Origin: a virus
Taxonomy: Duplodnaviria > Caudoviricetes
Length of the DNA: 61,503 nucleotides
IMG/VR virus record: IMGVR_UViG_3300021508_000029
Span: 1-61,503 of that record
Direction: 5' to 3' (one strand)
Numbering within the stretch: position 1 is the first letter of the stretch; every line of letters starts with the position of its first letter. Both the position numbers and the translations under genes were made by a program. Below the pieces are notes generated by a model that did not search any database, was not told where the DNA came from, and worked only from the letters and a program-made list of their open reading frames with translations. Shown in pieces: positions 37,554 to 47,898 of the stretch.

Positions 37554-38333
37554 TTAACCTGCTACTTGAGCATTATCATCACGTAAAAAAGTCATAGCAT
37601 ATACACCGTTGGATATTAACCTAGCTTCAATCCACAGAGTAGATCTAACTTCTACTAAATCAAAGCCAGTACCGTGAGGCGCTATCGCCATCATGTGTGT
37701 GGACGTAGCGGCGGGTTGATCTGAACAATCTGTATACAGGGCTTGACCATTAACTTTTATACCTACACTACTTAGTAAATCAAAACGCCCGCCATCAAGA
37801 GATTGATAATCAGCGTGTACAATTATGCTAAAAAACACATCAGCCGAATAATCAACTTCAGCTAAATCAGTTGCATTAGGTAATACTATTTCTAATGCAC
37901 CTCCAGAAGCCAAACCTACTCTATCCAGTGTTATTCTGTGGTGTTGTTTAGTAATATCAAGAGCTATAGATTGTGTAGTACCGTCTCCCACAAATGTATA
38001 ATTTGCAAAATCCGTAGAAACCGGACCACTACTTCCACCGCCACCGCCACCACCTAGTGACCAGCCTGTAGCATCTGTAATATGCACTGCCGTATACGGT
38101 ACTTCAGACCCGAGAGTAACATCTATATACATATCACCTATTGCTGATGGTGTTGATACAGGCGCTCCAGTACCAGACGTAATTGCAGGGTTACGCTTCC
38201 AGTCTCCTACTGTAGTAGTACCTACCGATTCCCATGTTACACCCGTAGCCGTATTAACAAAATGGTGTCCTAGTCCTGTAGGGGTTGTTGCAGGGTCACT
38301 TGCCCCTGTAAATATGTGTTGAATATCTGCCAT
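37554..38333 (-). CDS. Putative tail fiber protein
   Basis: Repeated G..P...P...G..(F/Y)..T units and a poly-Gly hinge. Confidence 0.6.
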   Translation of the reverse strand: MADIQHIFTGASDPATTPTGLGHHFVNTATGVTWESVGTTTVGDWKRNPAITSGTGAPVSTPSAIGDMYIDVTLGSEVPYTAVHITDATGWSLGGGGGGGSSGPVSTDFANYTFVGDGTTQSIALDITKQHHRITLDRVGLASGGALEIVLPNATDLAEVDYSADVFFSIIVHADYQSLDGGRFDLLSSVGIKVNGQALYTDCSDQPAATSTHMMAIAPHGTGFDLVEVRSTLWIEARLISNGVYAMTFLRDDNAQVAG

Positions 38334-38342
38334 GTTAATTCC

Positions 38343-39038
38343 TTAATATATTATATTACCAAATTCGTCAGTAAGCGGATTCCCGCTTGGATCAGTTAAA
38401 CTATCACTAGATGCAATGACCAGGTGATTCCCAAATTGATCTGTTAATGGGTCATCTAACTCATTAATTAAAGAACTGTAATGAACACTTGCTCCTAATC
38501 TATACCATGAAAATTTAAAATTAGATTCTAGTCCTGAGTGTTCAATATCTTCATCGTTATTCTTTGCGCCATTAATATATAGCCTGAATATACCACTTAC
38601 AATCTCAATAAAAATAAATGTTTTCACACCTACTTTTACTTCAATACTACTTGTTAATGTGGTATTATCTATATCTACTTTTATGCGATCATCTTTAAAA
38701 TAGACCTTAATGTTTTGATATACATCATCCGAACGTCCCACCTCTAAAATAGTTTCACCATCAAACTCAGCTTTAAACCAAACCCGGATAGAACGTAGAT
38801 TTGTATTAGATGCTATTTCACCATGGGTATGAGCAGTGTTGACATATCTAGCACTATTAGATTCACCATTAACAATACTAGGTTTACTTCCGCTTACAGC
38901 TGCATCATGGATATTTATAAACGTTTCTGGGGTATTGCGAATAACCTCAACCACACCAGGAATTACTTCATGCAGAGGTAAATGCACCAGTATTGATGAA
39001 GCATGTTCTGCAATAATTTCATCCTGGTAAGCACCCAT
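38343..39038 (-). CDS. LamG/concanavalin-like domain protein
   Basis: LVHLPLHE, SIRVWFK, RLYING; C-terminal LTD..GN repeats. Confidence 0.6.
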   Translation of the reverse strand: MGAYQDEIIAEHASSILVHLPLHEVIPGVVEVIRNTPETFINIHDAAVSGSKPSIVNGESNSARYVNTAHTHGEIASNTNLRSIRVWFKAEFDGETILEVGRSDDVYQNIKVYFKDDRIKVDIDNTTLTSSIEVKVGVKTFIFIEIVSGIFRLYINGAKNNDEDIEHSGLESNFKFSWYRLGASVHYSSLINELDDPLTDQFGNHLVIASSDSLTDPSGNPLTDEFGNIIY

Positions 39039-39042
39039 TATA

Positions 39043-39624
39043 TTAAACTCCTACCTCAGCGGATAAAATATAGCCTACCTTATAAACGTCATTTGTTTCT
39101 ACTGCTCGTGGTGATGGAAAATTAGTATTAGCTACTATTGTATTACTTGCAGTATCACCTGAACCATCCTTGAGGATAGCGTCAATTATAAATGCACCAT
39201 ATACTGTGCCATCTGCTGTAATATCATAACTGACTTCAAACCCTGCATCACTTAAAGTAATAGTAGCTGGTCGAGTAGCTAAAGCTTGCGGAGCCCACTT
39301 AGGTCGATTGGTTCCGTTCCCAGCGACTGTATAAGTTTCAAACTCATTACTTACTGTATGTATACCTGCTGAGCCTGTATCATCTGCCTTATCCAATACA
39401 TTAGGTATTCGATTTGCGGTACCTAAACCGATATAGAAATCAGGAATAGGAGTCGGTGCCCCAGGTAAAAATGAAGCAAAGGCACAATTGAGAGCATAAA
39501 TTAAACCCTCATTCATAAACGAGTTGTGATGCTCAACTTCTTCGATTACCTTACCATTACGGATTAATGTAGTTTTAAATATACCGCCATATTTAACGGT
39601 AGATATTGGGTGATTAGTGCTCAT
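39043..39624 (-). CDS. Putative tail structural protein
   Basis: HNSFMNEGL, FYIGLG, TVYGAF, FPSPRAV pattern. Confidence 0.65.
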   Translation of the reverse strand: MSTNHPISTVKYGGIFKTTLIRNGKVIEEVEHHNSFMNEGLIYALNCAFASFLPGAPTPIPDFYIGLGTANRIPNVLDKADDTGSAGIHTVSNEFETYTVAGNGTNRPKWAPQALATRPATITLSDAGFEVSYDITADGTVYGAFIIDAILKDGSGDTASNTIVANTNFPSPRAVETNDVYKVGYILSAEVGV

Positions 39625-39636
39625 ACTATACTGCTC

Positions 39637-40896
39637 CTAAAGAATTATTATACCATTTCTGATTAATTGAGACGTGACAGCAGTACCTATACCAAAGCTA
39701 GAAACTGTACCACCTGATGAAAAATTACTTACTACTTGTTTAATGCCTTCTTTTTCCTTATACAAGGAAATACCTCTTACTAGTTGATCTCGTAATGCGA
39801 GCCTATTTTCAGTGAGTAATTTAAGCTCACCAGAAAGCAAGCCAACCACAGCGCCCTTAGTAGAATACCAAAAACCTACATTCTTATCAAACCCTAATCC
39901 AAATGAATCGCCTGATAAAGTAAGTCCTGTACCTTCTATACCGTCATCCTCAGATACAAGAGTTTGTATAAACTCTTTAGGTTCTCTTCCAGATAAAAAA
40001 TAAGTATTACCTGCCACAACAAATATCCCGTTATCTACAGGTTGTACAATTTTAATTTTACTAGGAAATTGAAAGAAATCTTTACTTGTCTTTTTTAACC
40101 CGTATCTGAATGGCTGACTAAACCATAAAACATTATCATGAGCACAATACATCCTACCATTATATTGCCGAATTATGTGCCCTCCAGGTAAGGGTGACAT
40201 GAACTGAGTTTCTAATATTTGTTGAGATTTACGAGAGTCAATTATCGTATAACTTGTAATACCATTTAAGACAGTACCATTCTTGTAAAGTTGCTCACCA
40301 TTTTGAGTAGATACATACACGTGGACATTATACCCTTCAGGATGAACAGGTATATTAGCACACAGTATACCAGATCCATCTTGGGCATTTATAGTACTAG
40401 CTAATAATGCTCCACCTATTTCCCCGGTTATACTATCAACAAAACAAATTGCAACTTGATAAGTACCTGCTGCCAGTTTACCAGTTACTAAACCTAGAAT
40501 CGGATTACCTGCTGGAGTAGGTAATCCCCATCTGCCATTACCCACTATTCTATTATTTACACCATCTGAATAATAAAATTTACCTAAGATAGTTTCCCAA
40601 GCTAAAAACTTATCGGGATGTAAACCCACAGCTATAGTATTAGCTGTCACTCCATCCCATTGTTTTAATTCATCGCCCTCTACAAAATAAGATTTATATA
40701 ACGAATGAAGTGCTTTAACACCTGCATATACTTTTGCATATCCTTTACGCGAACGGACATTACCCTCTTTAGTTAAATCCACATTAGAGGCAGAACGGGC
40801 AGAACCTTCAGGCAAATCAGTTTCAGGAGAAACAGTATTAATACCTAATGGAAATTTATCTAAATGTAATATATCATGTGGCATATTATTATCCAA
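39637..40896 (-). CDS. Tail tubular/stabilization-like protein
   Basis: GINTV...ASNVDL..EG....RKGY start typical of podovirus nozzle proteins; beta-rich. Confidence 0.65.
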   Translation of the reverse strand: MDNNMPHDILHLDKFPLGINTVSPETDLPEGSARSASNVDLTKEGNVRSRKGYAKVYAGVKALHSLYKSYFVEGDELKQWDGVTANTIAVGLHPDKFLAWETILGKFYYSDGVNNRIVGNGRWGLPTPAGNPILGLVTGKLAAGTYQVAICFVDSITGEIGGALLASTINAQDGSGILCANIPVHPEGYNVHVYVSTQNGEQLYKNGTVLNGITSYTIIDSRKSQQILETQFMSPLPGGHIIRQYNGRMYCAHDNVLWFSQPFRYGLKKTSKDFFQFPSKIKIVQPVDNGIFVVAGNTYFLSGREPKEFIQTLVSEDDGIEGTGLTLSGDSFGLGFDKNVGFWYSTKGAVVGLLSGELKLLTENRLALRDQLVRGISLYKEKEGIKQVVSNFSSGGTVSSFGIGTAVTSQLIRNGIIIL

Positions 40897-41239
40897 TAGG
40901 TTCTTTAACTTGAAAAGTTATTCTATTTGAATACCACTTACCAGAAGGCATAGTAAGTCTTAACTGAGCCTTCCACTTACCGGCTTGATCTAAATCAGTT
41001 GCAACAGTTAAATAATGAACTAATAAATCTGCTCCATCTGTTAAAAATTTAACATCTGGAGTAGTTTTTACTAAAACAGTATCATCAGGCTTAAGAAATG
41101 TCAATTCAAAAAATGTAACAGTACTAACATCAACAAGTTTTTCTGAGTAACCATACGTATCAGAATTATCACACTCTTTTATTAAAAATTCAATACTTGT
41201 ACCTACATCACCCATGAATAAATTAGCAACACACAGCAT
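40889..41239 (-). CDS. BppU-like Ig-fold structural protein
   Basis: GDVGT...KPDDT...DLDQAGKWKAQ pattern. Confidence 0.6.
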   Translation of the reverse strand: MLCVANLFMGDVGTSIEFLIKECDNSDTYGYSEKLVDVSTVTFFELTFLKPDDTVLVKTTPDVKFLTDGADLLVHYLTVATDLDQAGKWKAQLRLTMPSGKWYSNRITFQVKEPIG

Positions 41240-43935
41240 TATAATTTAACCTTTTCTCTTAGTGTTCTTTTAATTAATAAATTAAATTTAATATTATCCT
41301 TAAATAAAACTAATAAATTATCTAACCTTAAACTAGTATCTAATTCTGTTATAATATTTATAGATTTAATCTTTACAAGATTAATATTAAAAGATAAATC
41401 TGATTCTATAACTTGATTTATTATAACTATTTTACTCGTAGAGCTTATTACCGGTAAGCTAATATTATCTTCAGCTACTATTCCTATAGATTTAATTTTC
41501 AATTGATTAATAGCAAAAACAATATCATTTTCTTGGACTAATTCTATAGTATTATTATCTTTTTTTACTACAGGATTAACTGTATCAATTTCAACAGATT
41601 GATTAATATATCCAATTTTAATAGCGGATATTGGTAGAGATAAATCTATCTCTGAATCAAAAGAAATTCCTTTACTTTTACCTACAGTAACAAATAAACT
41701 ATTATCAACTTCATCTATAATTGATATAGATTTATCTTTACTAGACGTTATTGATAAGCTACTATCTGATTCTTCTAAAATCCCTATTGTAGTATTATTA
41801 GCTAATATTACTCCTAAAGATTCATCAAGTTCTAAAGTTACTCCAACTTCTTTAGTTTTCTTAATAGAAGTACTTAATAAGCTATCGATCTCTTGAACTA
41901 ATTCTATAGTTTTTATTTTATTAACAGAAGAGTTTAAAGCTATATCTAACTCTTGATTTATGGGTATATTTTTTGTTTTTACTTTATCAATAGAAAAGTT
42001 AATATCATTTTCAACAACTAATCCTATGTCGATTGTACTGGAAACTAATGGAGCTGGTACGCCAGTTAAATATCTTACACGCTCCGACCCACCAAAATCA
42101 ATATATCTTAATTCGTCCTGCGTATAGTCTAAACCCTCATACTCACTTAGTCCATTTTGTAACGCCTCACCCCAAACGACCACACCATCTGATACTCGCA
42201 ATATAAATAAAATACCAGTTTTATTCATTATATACAGAAATCCGTTTCTATATGATGCGCCCTGAGCGTTGATAATTTTATATGAAGACGTTATCTGTTC
42301 TACGAAGTTAAAATTTAAATCATAAACTCGCACATACGTCCCATCTGTAAAATTGACAACATAAACACGATTATTAGGTCCGTCAACCGCAACACCTGCT
42401 ACTCCTACAGAGTCGGCTACTACAACATGGGATATGTAACTTAAATCACCAGCATCATATTTTACTAACGCTTTATCTGTATTTCCTGCGGAGTCATGGC
42501 AGGCCGTATATAATACCCCATCATAATACGCGCCATCATTTACATGCTGAGGTGAGCCAGGCAAACTTGCAAAAGGCGTGCTATTTGTTGCAGCTACAGT
42601 CCAACTGGCATCATCATTTCTTTTCTCGATTTTCGTTGTATCAAAAATATAATGAAACGTTCCATCAGTAGCATAACCCTGACCAGCAACCGGCAGGATG
42701 GGGCTTTGAAACGACTGCGTTAGTGTGGCTGTTGCATTTAAAGTACCACTTCTTGATAAGGATTTTACACCCATCAAGTCATATTCATCGTTAGGAGTTA
42801 GTCCAAATAGCGGATAATAACTAACTAGATTTCCAGGCGATATATCAACAACTAAATTTTCAAGCGTATCTAAATCTGCATTAACAGAGGCATTATATTT
42901 TTGCGCATCTGTAACACTAAGCGCTGCATTCCATATTGCAATATGACCTATTTCACACTCAGCCTCTTGCCCCGGTGATGTTGATTTTCCAATTAATAAT
43001 TCTGTGCTAGTTCCGCCATTATTAGCCGTGGAGTATGTAAAATCGCCTTCATCTACACCATCAATAATAAATTTCAGGGACTTAGTTGACACGTCACGAA
43101 CGATCATAACAGTCTGATTAATACCAGTTACAGTGACTATAATATCAGTATCAATTCTTTCGTTGTCACCACCACTATGCTCAAAGAAATATGACCAGTA
43201 TGATGTCCCACCATTATTCCTGATACCGAGACTGTATAATGTATCAGTGGCTACGCTCTCACCATCTGCAGTCTGCATAATCATCCAATCAGCAGCGTTA
43301 TTAGGTGGGAGAGACACCACTTTTATCTTGGCGGCTATAGTTAAATCACTGGTGATTTGGTGTTCAACTGTTGTCACAGAGCCATTTAAAAAAGCCGTTG
43401 TTCCTGAGAAATCAATACCGACGCTAGAAGTATCTGGTAGCACTGGTAATGAAAGTGGAAAGCCGGTATTAGTCTCAGTAGTAAGATTTATCTTCTTAGA
43501 TTTACTAGAAGTTACAGATAAACTTATGACATCTTCAACTACAAGATTTATTTCTTCTCCCACTAATAATGGGATAGTAAAGCTAATATCATTTTCAATA
43601 GTAAGATTTATTTGCTTTGTTTTAAGTGGCTGCACAAGCAAATTAGATTCATTTTCAACTACTAATCCTATATCAACTCCAATGGGAGTACCTGAAGAAA
43701 CTAAAGATTCAGCCTCTAGGATATAAAATGTACCTGGTGTTTTAAGCTGATAGTGCTTTGTGGTTTTTGATATAGATAAAAAATAAAAAGGATGATTGTT
43801 CTTCTTGTCGTTTTGATGTTGTGGCTGATTAGTATCTAAGATTAGATTACTTTTTTCAATAACGAAATTAAACGAAGGCGTATAGCCTTCACCTAATACA
43901 AAATCATTATTATTATTAAATATAAAATCAGCCAT
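41239..43935 (-). CDS. Putative receptor-binding protein: LamG plus beta-propeller module between degenerate repeats
   Basis: LTIAAKIK...FIIDG...IGHIAIWNAALS (LamG); AGQG, NDG, AQG and YEG blade motifs; I.LV.E.D repeats on both sides. Confidence 0.7.
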   Translation of the reverse strand: MADFIFNNNNDFVLGEGYTPSFNFVIEKSNLILDTNQPQHQNDKKNNHPFYFLSISKTTKHYQLKTPGTFYILEAESLVSSGTPIGVDIGLVVENESNLLVQPLKTKQINLTIENDISFTIPLLVGEEINLVVEDVISLSVTSSKSKKINLTTETNTGFPLSLPVLPDTSSVGIDFSGTTAFLNGSVTTVEHQITSDLTIAAKIKVVSLPPNNAADWMIMQTADGESVATDTLYSLGIRNNGGTSYWSYFFEHSGGDNERIDTDIIVTVTGINQTVMIVRDVSTKSLKFIIDGVDEGDFTYSTANNGGTSTELLIGKSTSPGQEAECEIGHIAIWNAALSVTDAQKYNASVNADLDTLENLVVDISPGNLVSYYPLFGLTPNDEYDLMGVKSLSRSGTLNATATLTQSFQSPILPVAGQGYATDGTFHYIFDTTKIEKRNDDASWTVAATNSTPFASLPGSPQHVNDGAYYDGVLYTACHDSAGNTDKALVKYDAGDLSYISHVVVADSVGVAGVAVDGPNNRVYVVNFTDGTYVRVYDLNFNFVEQITSSYKIINAQGASYRNGFLYIMNKTGILFILRVSDGVVVWGEALQNGLSEYEGLDYTQDELRYIDFGGSERVRYLTGVPAPLVSSTIDIGLVVENDINFSIDKVKTKNIPINQELDIALNSSVNKIKTIELVQEIDSLLSTSIKKTKEVGVTLELDESLGVILANNTTIGILEESDSSLSITSSKDKSISIIDEVDNSLFVTVGKSKGISFDSEIDLSLPISAIKIGYINQSVEIDTVNPVVKKDNNTIELVQENDIVFAINQLKIKSIGIVAEDNISLPVISSTSKIVIINQVIESDLSFNINLVKIKSINIITELDTSLRLDNLLVLFKDNIKFNLLIKRTLREKVKL

Positions 43936-43948
43936 AGAACAAAGTTCC

Positions 43949-45319
43949 TTATACTGAAACGGTTGGAATTAGTGGACTTTGTGTAACGGGGGTAATCAAC
44001 CGCTCTACACGCTGCCATGTCACAGTACCATCAACAACCGTACCGCCCACACCGACAGGCCATACAGGTTCAGTTACCCCCGTTCCTCCTGCGATTGTTA
44101 CGATGTAATAATATGGTGAAGTTATCGGATCTGTAGGAAACACCATTGTACCAAGGTCAACATTTAACAGACTCGCCTGCCACATATCACCTTGCTTTGC
44201 AGATATTGTCACGGTAACAGGGTCGGGAGTAGGTACACCAACTGAAAAACTAGCACCTGTAAATTCAACAATGTTAAGAACAGATCCGGTTTTTAAATCA
44301 GCAACTGTTGCCAACCAGGTATCAGCGACAAGAGATTCGTCAATTGTCCCATTTACTTCATACACGAGATTGTAAAGTCCATCACAGCCTGTAATACTAT
44401 ACATAGATTCATCAATTTCAACAGATTGATTTGACAGATTATAATAAAGAATTGATGGAAACCCCGCATTAACACCGACCACAACATCATCAGAAACCCA
44501 TGTAACATCATTCCAATTACCAGTTGTTATATACTGCGTACCAGGGTTAAAAGCAGGTACAGCTACACGGCTCCAATCAGACGTATCATAAACAATTGGT
44601 TCGGACACTGAGCTAGTTGAACCTGACACGACAGCAAGTCTTGTGGATGAATTATTAAACCTAACTGCATAAGTGGCAACTGTCGGTTTAACAGGTATTG
44701 TCACAAGGCTCCAATCAGACGTATCATAAACGTATATGAAAGGTGAAGCAAGACAGGCCATCGCAAGAAATGCACCGTCAGGACTAAAATGACAGGACAC
44801 AGCATCGTTTACAGGAACTGTCGAAGGATTCGGGATAACACTCCAGTCCGCTGTATTATATAATACTATATGTGGAGCTATCTTACCTGTTAACACCGCA
44901 ATTGATCCGTCAGGACTAATATCACAACCATATGTAACAAACCCTGGGAGCACTGTCGGATTTGCCAACTTATCAAACGTTATTGCATCGTAAATTGCAA
45001 TTTTATCTGCGGCACTCACAGCACACAGCATTATACTATCTGAAAATGATATGTCTTGCACTGTACTACCTGCAGTAGTCATAAGTTTAGATACCCAAAT
45101 ATCTTCTTCAATATTAACAACAGCAATATAAGGTGAGGACACGCTTCTAGCTAAATGTTTACCATCTCGTGAAAATCTAACAGTAGCACCAGGCGAACTA
45201 TACAATAATGAAACATCGCCTTTATGCTTGTGCGCTTTTGTAATAGGATCGATTATTTGTACTGATGGTCGAGAAGAACTAATTATAGCCAACGACCCGT
45301 TTTTATTATATTTACTCAT
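43949..45319 (-). CDS. WD40/YVTN-like beta-propeller virion protein with a C-terminal carbohydrate-binding-like motif
   Basis: FSRDG, ISPDG, FSPDG and YDTSDWS repeats; EPVWP...TVVDGTVTW. Confidence 0.75.
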   Translation of the reverse strand: MSKYNKNGSLAIISSSRPSVQIIDPITKAHKHKGDVSLLYSSPGATVRFSRDGKHLARSVSSPYIAVVNIEEDIWVSKLMTTAGSTVQDISFSDSIMLCAVSAADKIAIYDAITFDKLANPTVLPGFVTYGCDISPDGSIAVLTGKIAPHIVLYNTADWSVIPNPSTVPVNDAVSCHFSPDGAFLAMACLASPFIYVYDTSDWSLVTIPVKPTVATYAVRFNNSSTRLAVVSGSTSSVSEPIVYDTSDWSRVAVPAFNPGTQYITTGNWNDVTWVSDDVVVGVNAGFPSILYYNLSNQSVEIDESMYSITGCDGLYNLVYEVNGTIDESLVADTWLATVADLKTGSVLNIVEFTGASFSVGVPTPDPVTVTISAKQGDMWQASLLNVDLGTMVFPTDPITSPYYYIVTIAGGTGVTEPVWPVGVGGTVVDGTVTWQRVERLITPVTQSPLIPTVSV

Positions 45320-45350
45320 AACTCACCTTATGCAGTTAACTATTTTAGAA

Positions 45351-45824
45351 TTACTGTGCTCTATAAAAACCGGCGACATTCAACTGGACTTCTATATCAG
45401 ACCCATCAGGAGTTACAGTAAAATCATAATACGTCAATGGTATTAAATTAGCATCAGTTCCAGAAGTAGTGTCAGGATTATAACAAATAACGAAACCACC
45501 CCAACTATCCCCAGCTAAAATAGTTGTCCAAGAAGGATTATTAAAATCTAAATCCGTCCTATCATTTACATGATCAGGGGCTAAAACTACTAAATCTGCA
45601 TCAGTTAATTCAATTCGTGCATAATTAGTATTAGTCACTTCATTAGTAGTACCCGCTAACAATGCGGCTACTGTTTCTTTTTTTCTAAGAACTACATCAG
45701 TCTCTAGCCCAGCTGTAGTTAATATTAATAATGTTAAAGCCGAGTTTGTTCCATCATTAGTTTGAACTCTATTATAGAATTCAGCGACTCTACCCTTTGC
45801 AATATTAAATACGAAATCGGTCAT
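45351..45824 (-). CDS. Putative structural protein
   Basis: AGGAG RBS; TNYARI...PDGSDI pattern. Confidence 0.65.
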   Translation of the reverse strand: MTDFVFNIAKGRVAEFYNRVQTNDGTNSALTLLILTTAGLETDVVLRKKETVAALLAGTTNEVTNTNYARIELTDADLVVLAPDHVNDRTDLDFNNPSWTTILAGDSWGGFVICYNPDTTSGTDANLIPLTYYDFTVTPDGSDIEVQLNVAGFYRAQ

Positions 45825-45911
45825 TTTACTTCTCCTAAATTTCTATAATTTCTTATAGTTTAATGAAATCGTGAATAAAAATTCACTATTAATTATAATA
45901 CTAAATCATAT

Positions 45912-46253
45912 TTACCATCTTACTTTTTCTAATCGACTATCAACATGAACACCCCAAGAATATAAGCCTAACCCAAGCGTATCAGGGTATAGCTTATCTA
46001 AATGATGATGCAGTGCTTTTGGATCATCTGTTGGTACATCCATTGCGCGACCTATTAAATGTTGTGAATTCTTTCCTCCACCTACTGCGCTATTATGAGC
46101 AGGACATCTACATGCCGAATTAGGTGTAAATGCACCAATAAAGTCCCGTGCAACTTCTGCCAGTGTAAGTAACTCACAATCTACTGTATTAAAACCACAG
46201 CCGCATTTACAAGCGAATTCACTACGCGAAAAATGCTGGGATAACTTACTCAC
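45912..46253 (-). CDS. Peptidase M15 family endolysin
   Basis: HFSRSEFACKCGCG, SACRCPAHN, SQHLIGRAMD, VHVD. Confidence 0.9.
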   Translation of the reverse strand: MSKLSQHFSRSEFACKCGCGFNTVDCELLTLAEVARDFIGAFTPNSACRCPAHNSAVGGGKNSQHLIGRAMDVPTDDPKALHHHLDKLYPDTLGLGLYSWGVHVDSRLEKVRW

Positions 46254-46783
46254 GGTACAGCCCTTAGTAAAATTCGCTCCATTATTCGTCCTATTTTTTT
46301 GCTAATATATTCGGACTCTTCCCTAAGTTGTAAAATATTATATTCCATCGAATTTTTATTAGAAATATAAGCATAACTTGCAACTGAGACTATCACTGTG
46401 ATTAATGTTAATGCCAAACTTATATGCGATCTTAAGCTAGCTTTTAACTCTGTTTTTATTTCTGCTGCACTTTTAGCAATATATTCAATACCTTTCGACT
46501 CAACAACTCGTAAATCTTTCCACAACTTATCAGCAGAAGCTGTTATCGCACGATCTCTTTCGTGAGGTTCCTTTGCTATTTGCAAGTGAATTTCATTGAC
46601 AGTTGATTGTATACTATTCAGCGTTTGAGCTTCTGACGCTTTTCCGTCAAACTGTCCCTCCATTTTTGAAATAAAAACAGACAATGTTTTATCTAATATA
46701 GCTGTTTGTGTAGCCATTATAGATAAGTCTTTTCTCAAACTTATATGGCTTTCTTCAAGAATTTCAAATCGTTTTTCACTCAT
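46250..46783 (-). CDS. Coiled-coil membrane protein (holin- or spanin-like candidate)
   Basis: Single TM helix near the C-terminus; adjacent to the endolysin. Confidence 0.55.
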   Translation of the reverse strand: MSEKRFEILEESHISLRKDLSIMATQTAILDKTLSVFISKMEGQFDGKASEAQTLNSIQSTVNEIHLQIAKEPHERDRAITASADKLWKDLRVVESKGIEYIAKSAAEIKTELKASLRSHISLALTLITVIVSVASYAYISNKNSMEYNILQLREESEYISKKIGRIMERILLRAVP

Positions 46784-46793
46784 TACAAAAAAC

Positions 46794-47405
46794 CTATGGA
46801 GTAACGATAATAACTTCTGGCTTGACTACAGACGGTCTTACTACAGACGGCTTTACTATCACAGGCTCAGATACAGCGTTATGACTGTCAATTGTATCAT
46901 GCCTGTCAGTTGTTGCACCTGTTGTAGTGTTAGTACGAGTGTCAGTATCTGACGACGTTGAAGTCAGGTCTCCGTCGCCGGTATTAGTATATGTTTGATT
47001 CGTATTTCCACCACCTGCGGCATTAAACGCTTCATGTGCGGCATATCCAATCACACCAAACTGCATAATGTCCGGCACAACACTTACACCAGCTTCAAAC
47101 ATTCTTGCATTGGCTTCATGAGCACCAACAAAATGATTAATCTTGGGCATTTCTGGCAGCCTACTTGGATCAAATATATCAAGAGAGCACCCGGATGTAC
47201 AAACAAGCGAATGAGACGGCTTGCTAGCTAGCCATCGATGATAATCAATTACTTTATTCTGCCGCATTGTTTCATACCGCATTGCTTCCACATCATACTT
47301 TGATGTCTCTGCACACCCCGATATATTACTTAACACTATCGCAAAGCATAACAATGCCGTTGCCACAATTACCAATTCACCTAAAAATTCAAAAAAACTT
47401 TTCAT
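46794..47405 (-). CDS. Lipoprotein
   Basis: Signal peptide with lipobox ISG-C; Thr-rich tail; V(K/R)PSV repeats. Confidence 0.7.
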   Translation of the reverse strand: MKSFFEFLGELVIVATALLCFAIVLSNISGCAETSKYDVEAMRYETMRQNKVIDYHRWLASKPSHSLVCTSGCSLDIFDPSRLPEMPKINHFVGAHEANARMFEAGVSVVPDIMQFGVIGYAAHEAFNAAGGGNTNQTYTNTGDGDLTSTSSDTDTRTNTTTGATTDRHDTIDSHNAVSEPVIVKPSVVRPSVVKPEVIIVTP

Positions 47406-47418
47406 ATTATTGCGCCTG

Positions 47419-47874
47419 TTATTTTTTAATAAAAAACCGTTTCAGTTTCTGAATCCAAGTCTCGTTTAACGCTGGAATTTTAGTACCAGCGGGAAGAATA
47501 AAGCCGCGCTCTATAGCATAAGTCACAGTGCCTTCCCGCTCTACACCAGTGATATATTTTGCAGCTCGTTGGTTACGTAGCCAAACCATAAGCTCATTCT
47601 GAGACTCGGCAACTATAATTTTCTTTAGATTGTCATCAAACCGTTCGTTAGCATCAAGTAAGTCCTGGAATGTTTTTGCAAGTTTCCATTCAATATCATG
47701 GATTATACATGCTGCTATAATTATAACAAAATACATTGTGTCAGGAAACTTTATACCTCCCTTAGCACCACAACCATTAGCGTATTGAATGCCTCTTTTA
47801 AGTTGGTGGTATTTAAGGCATGAGTCGAGCAGGTATATATTAACATCGCCCCAGAATTCTTCAAAGTTTTGCAT
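47419..47874 (-). CDS. Phospholipase A2-like protein
   Basis: NGCG...ACIIHD...ANERF pattern resembling prokaryotic PLA2. Confidence 0.5.
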   Translation of the reverse strand: MQNFEEFWGDVNIYLLDSCLKYHQLKRGIQYANGCGAKGGIKFPDTMYFVIIIAACIIHDIEWKLAKTFQDLLDANERFDDNLKKIIVAESQNELMVWLRNQRAAKYITGVEREGTVTYAIERGFILPAGTKIPALNETWIQKLKRFFIKK

Positions 47875-47898
47875 TAATAAAACCTAATTTACTTAGTG

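Noticed and set aside
33778-45319. Diversity-generating retroelement acting on tail genes
   Set aside because: No reverse transcriptase, and no template/variable repeat pair with adenine-specific differences noticed.
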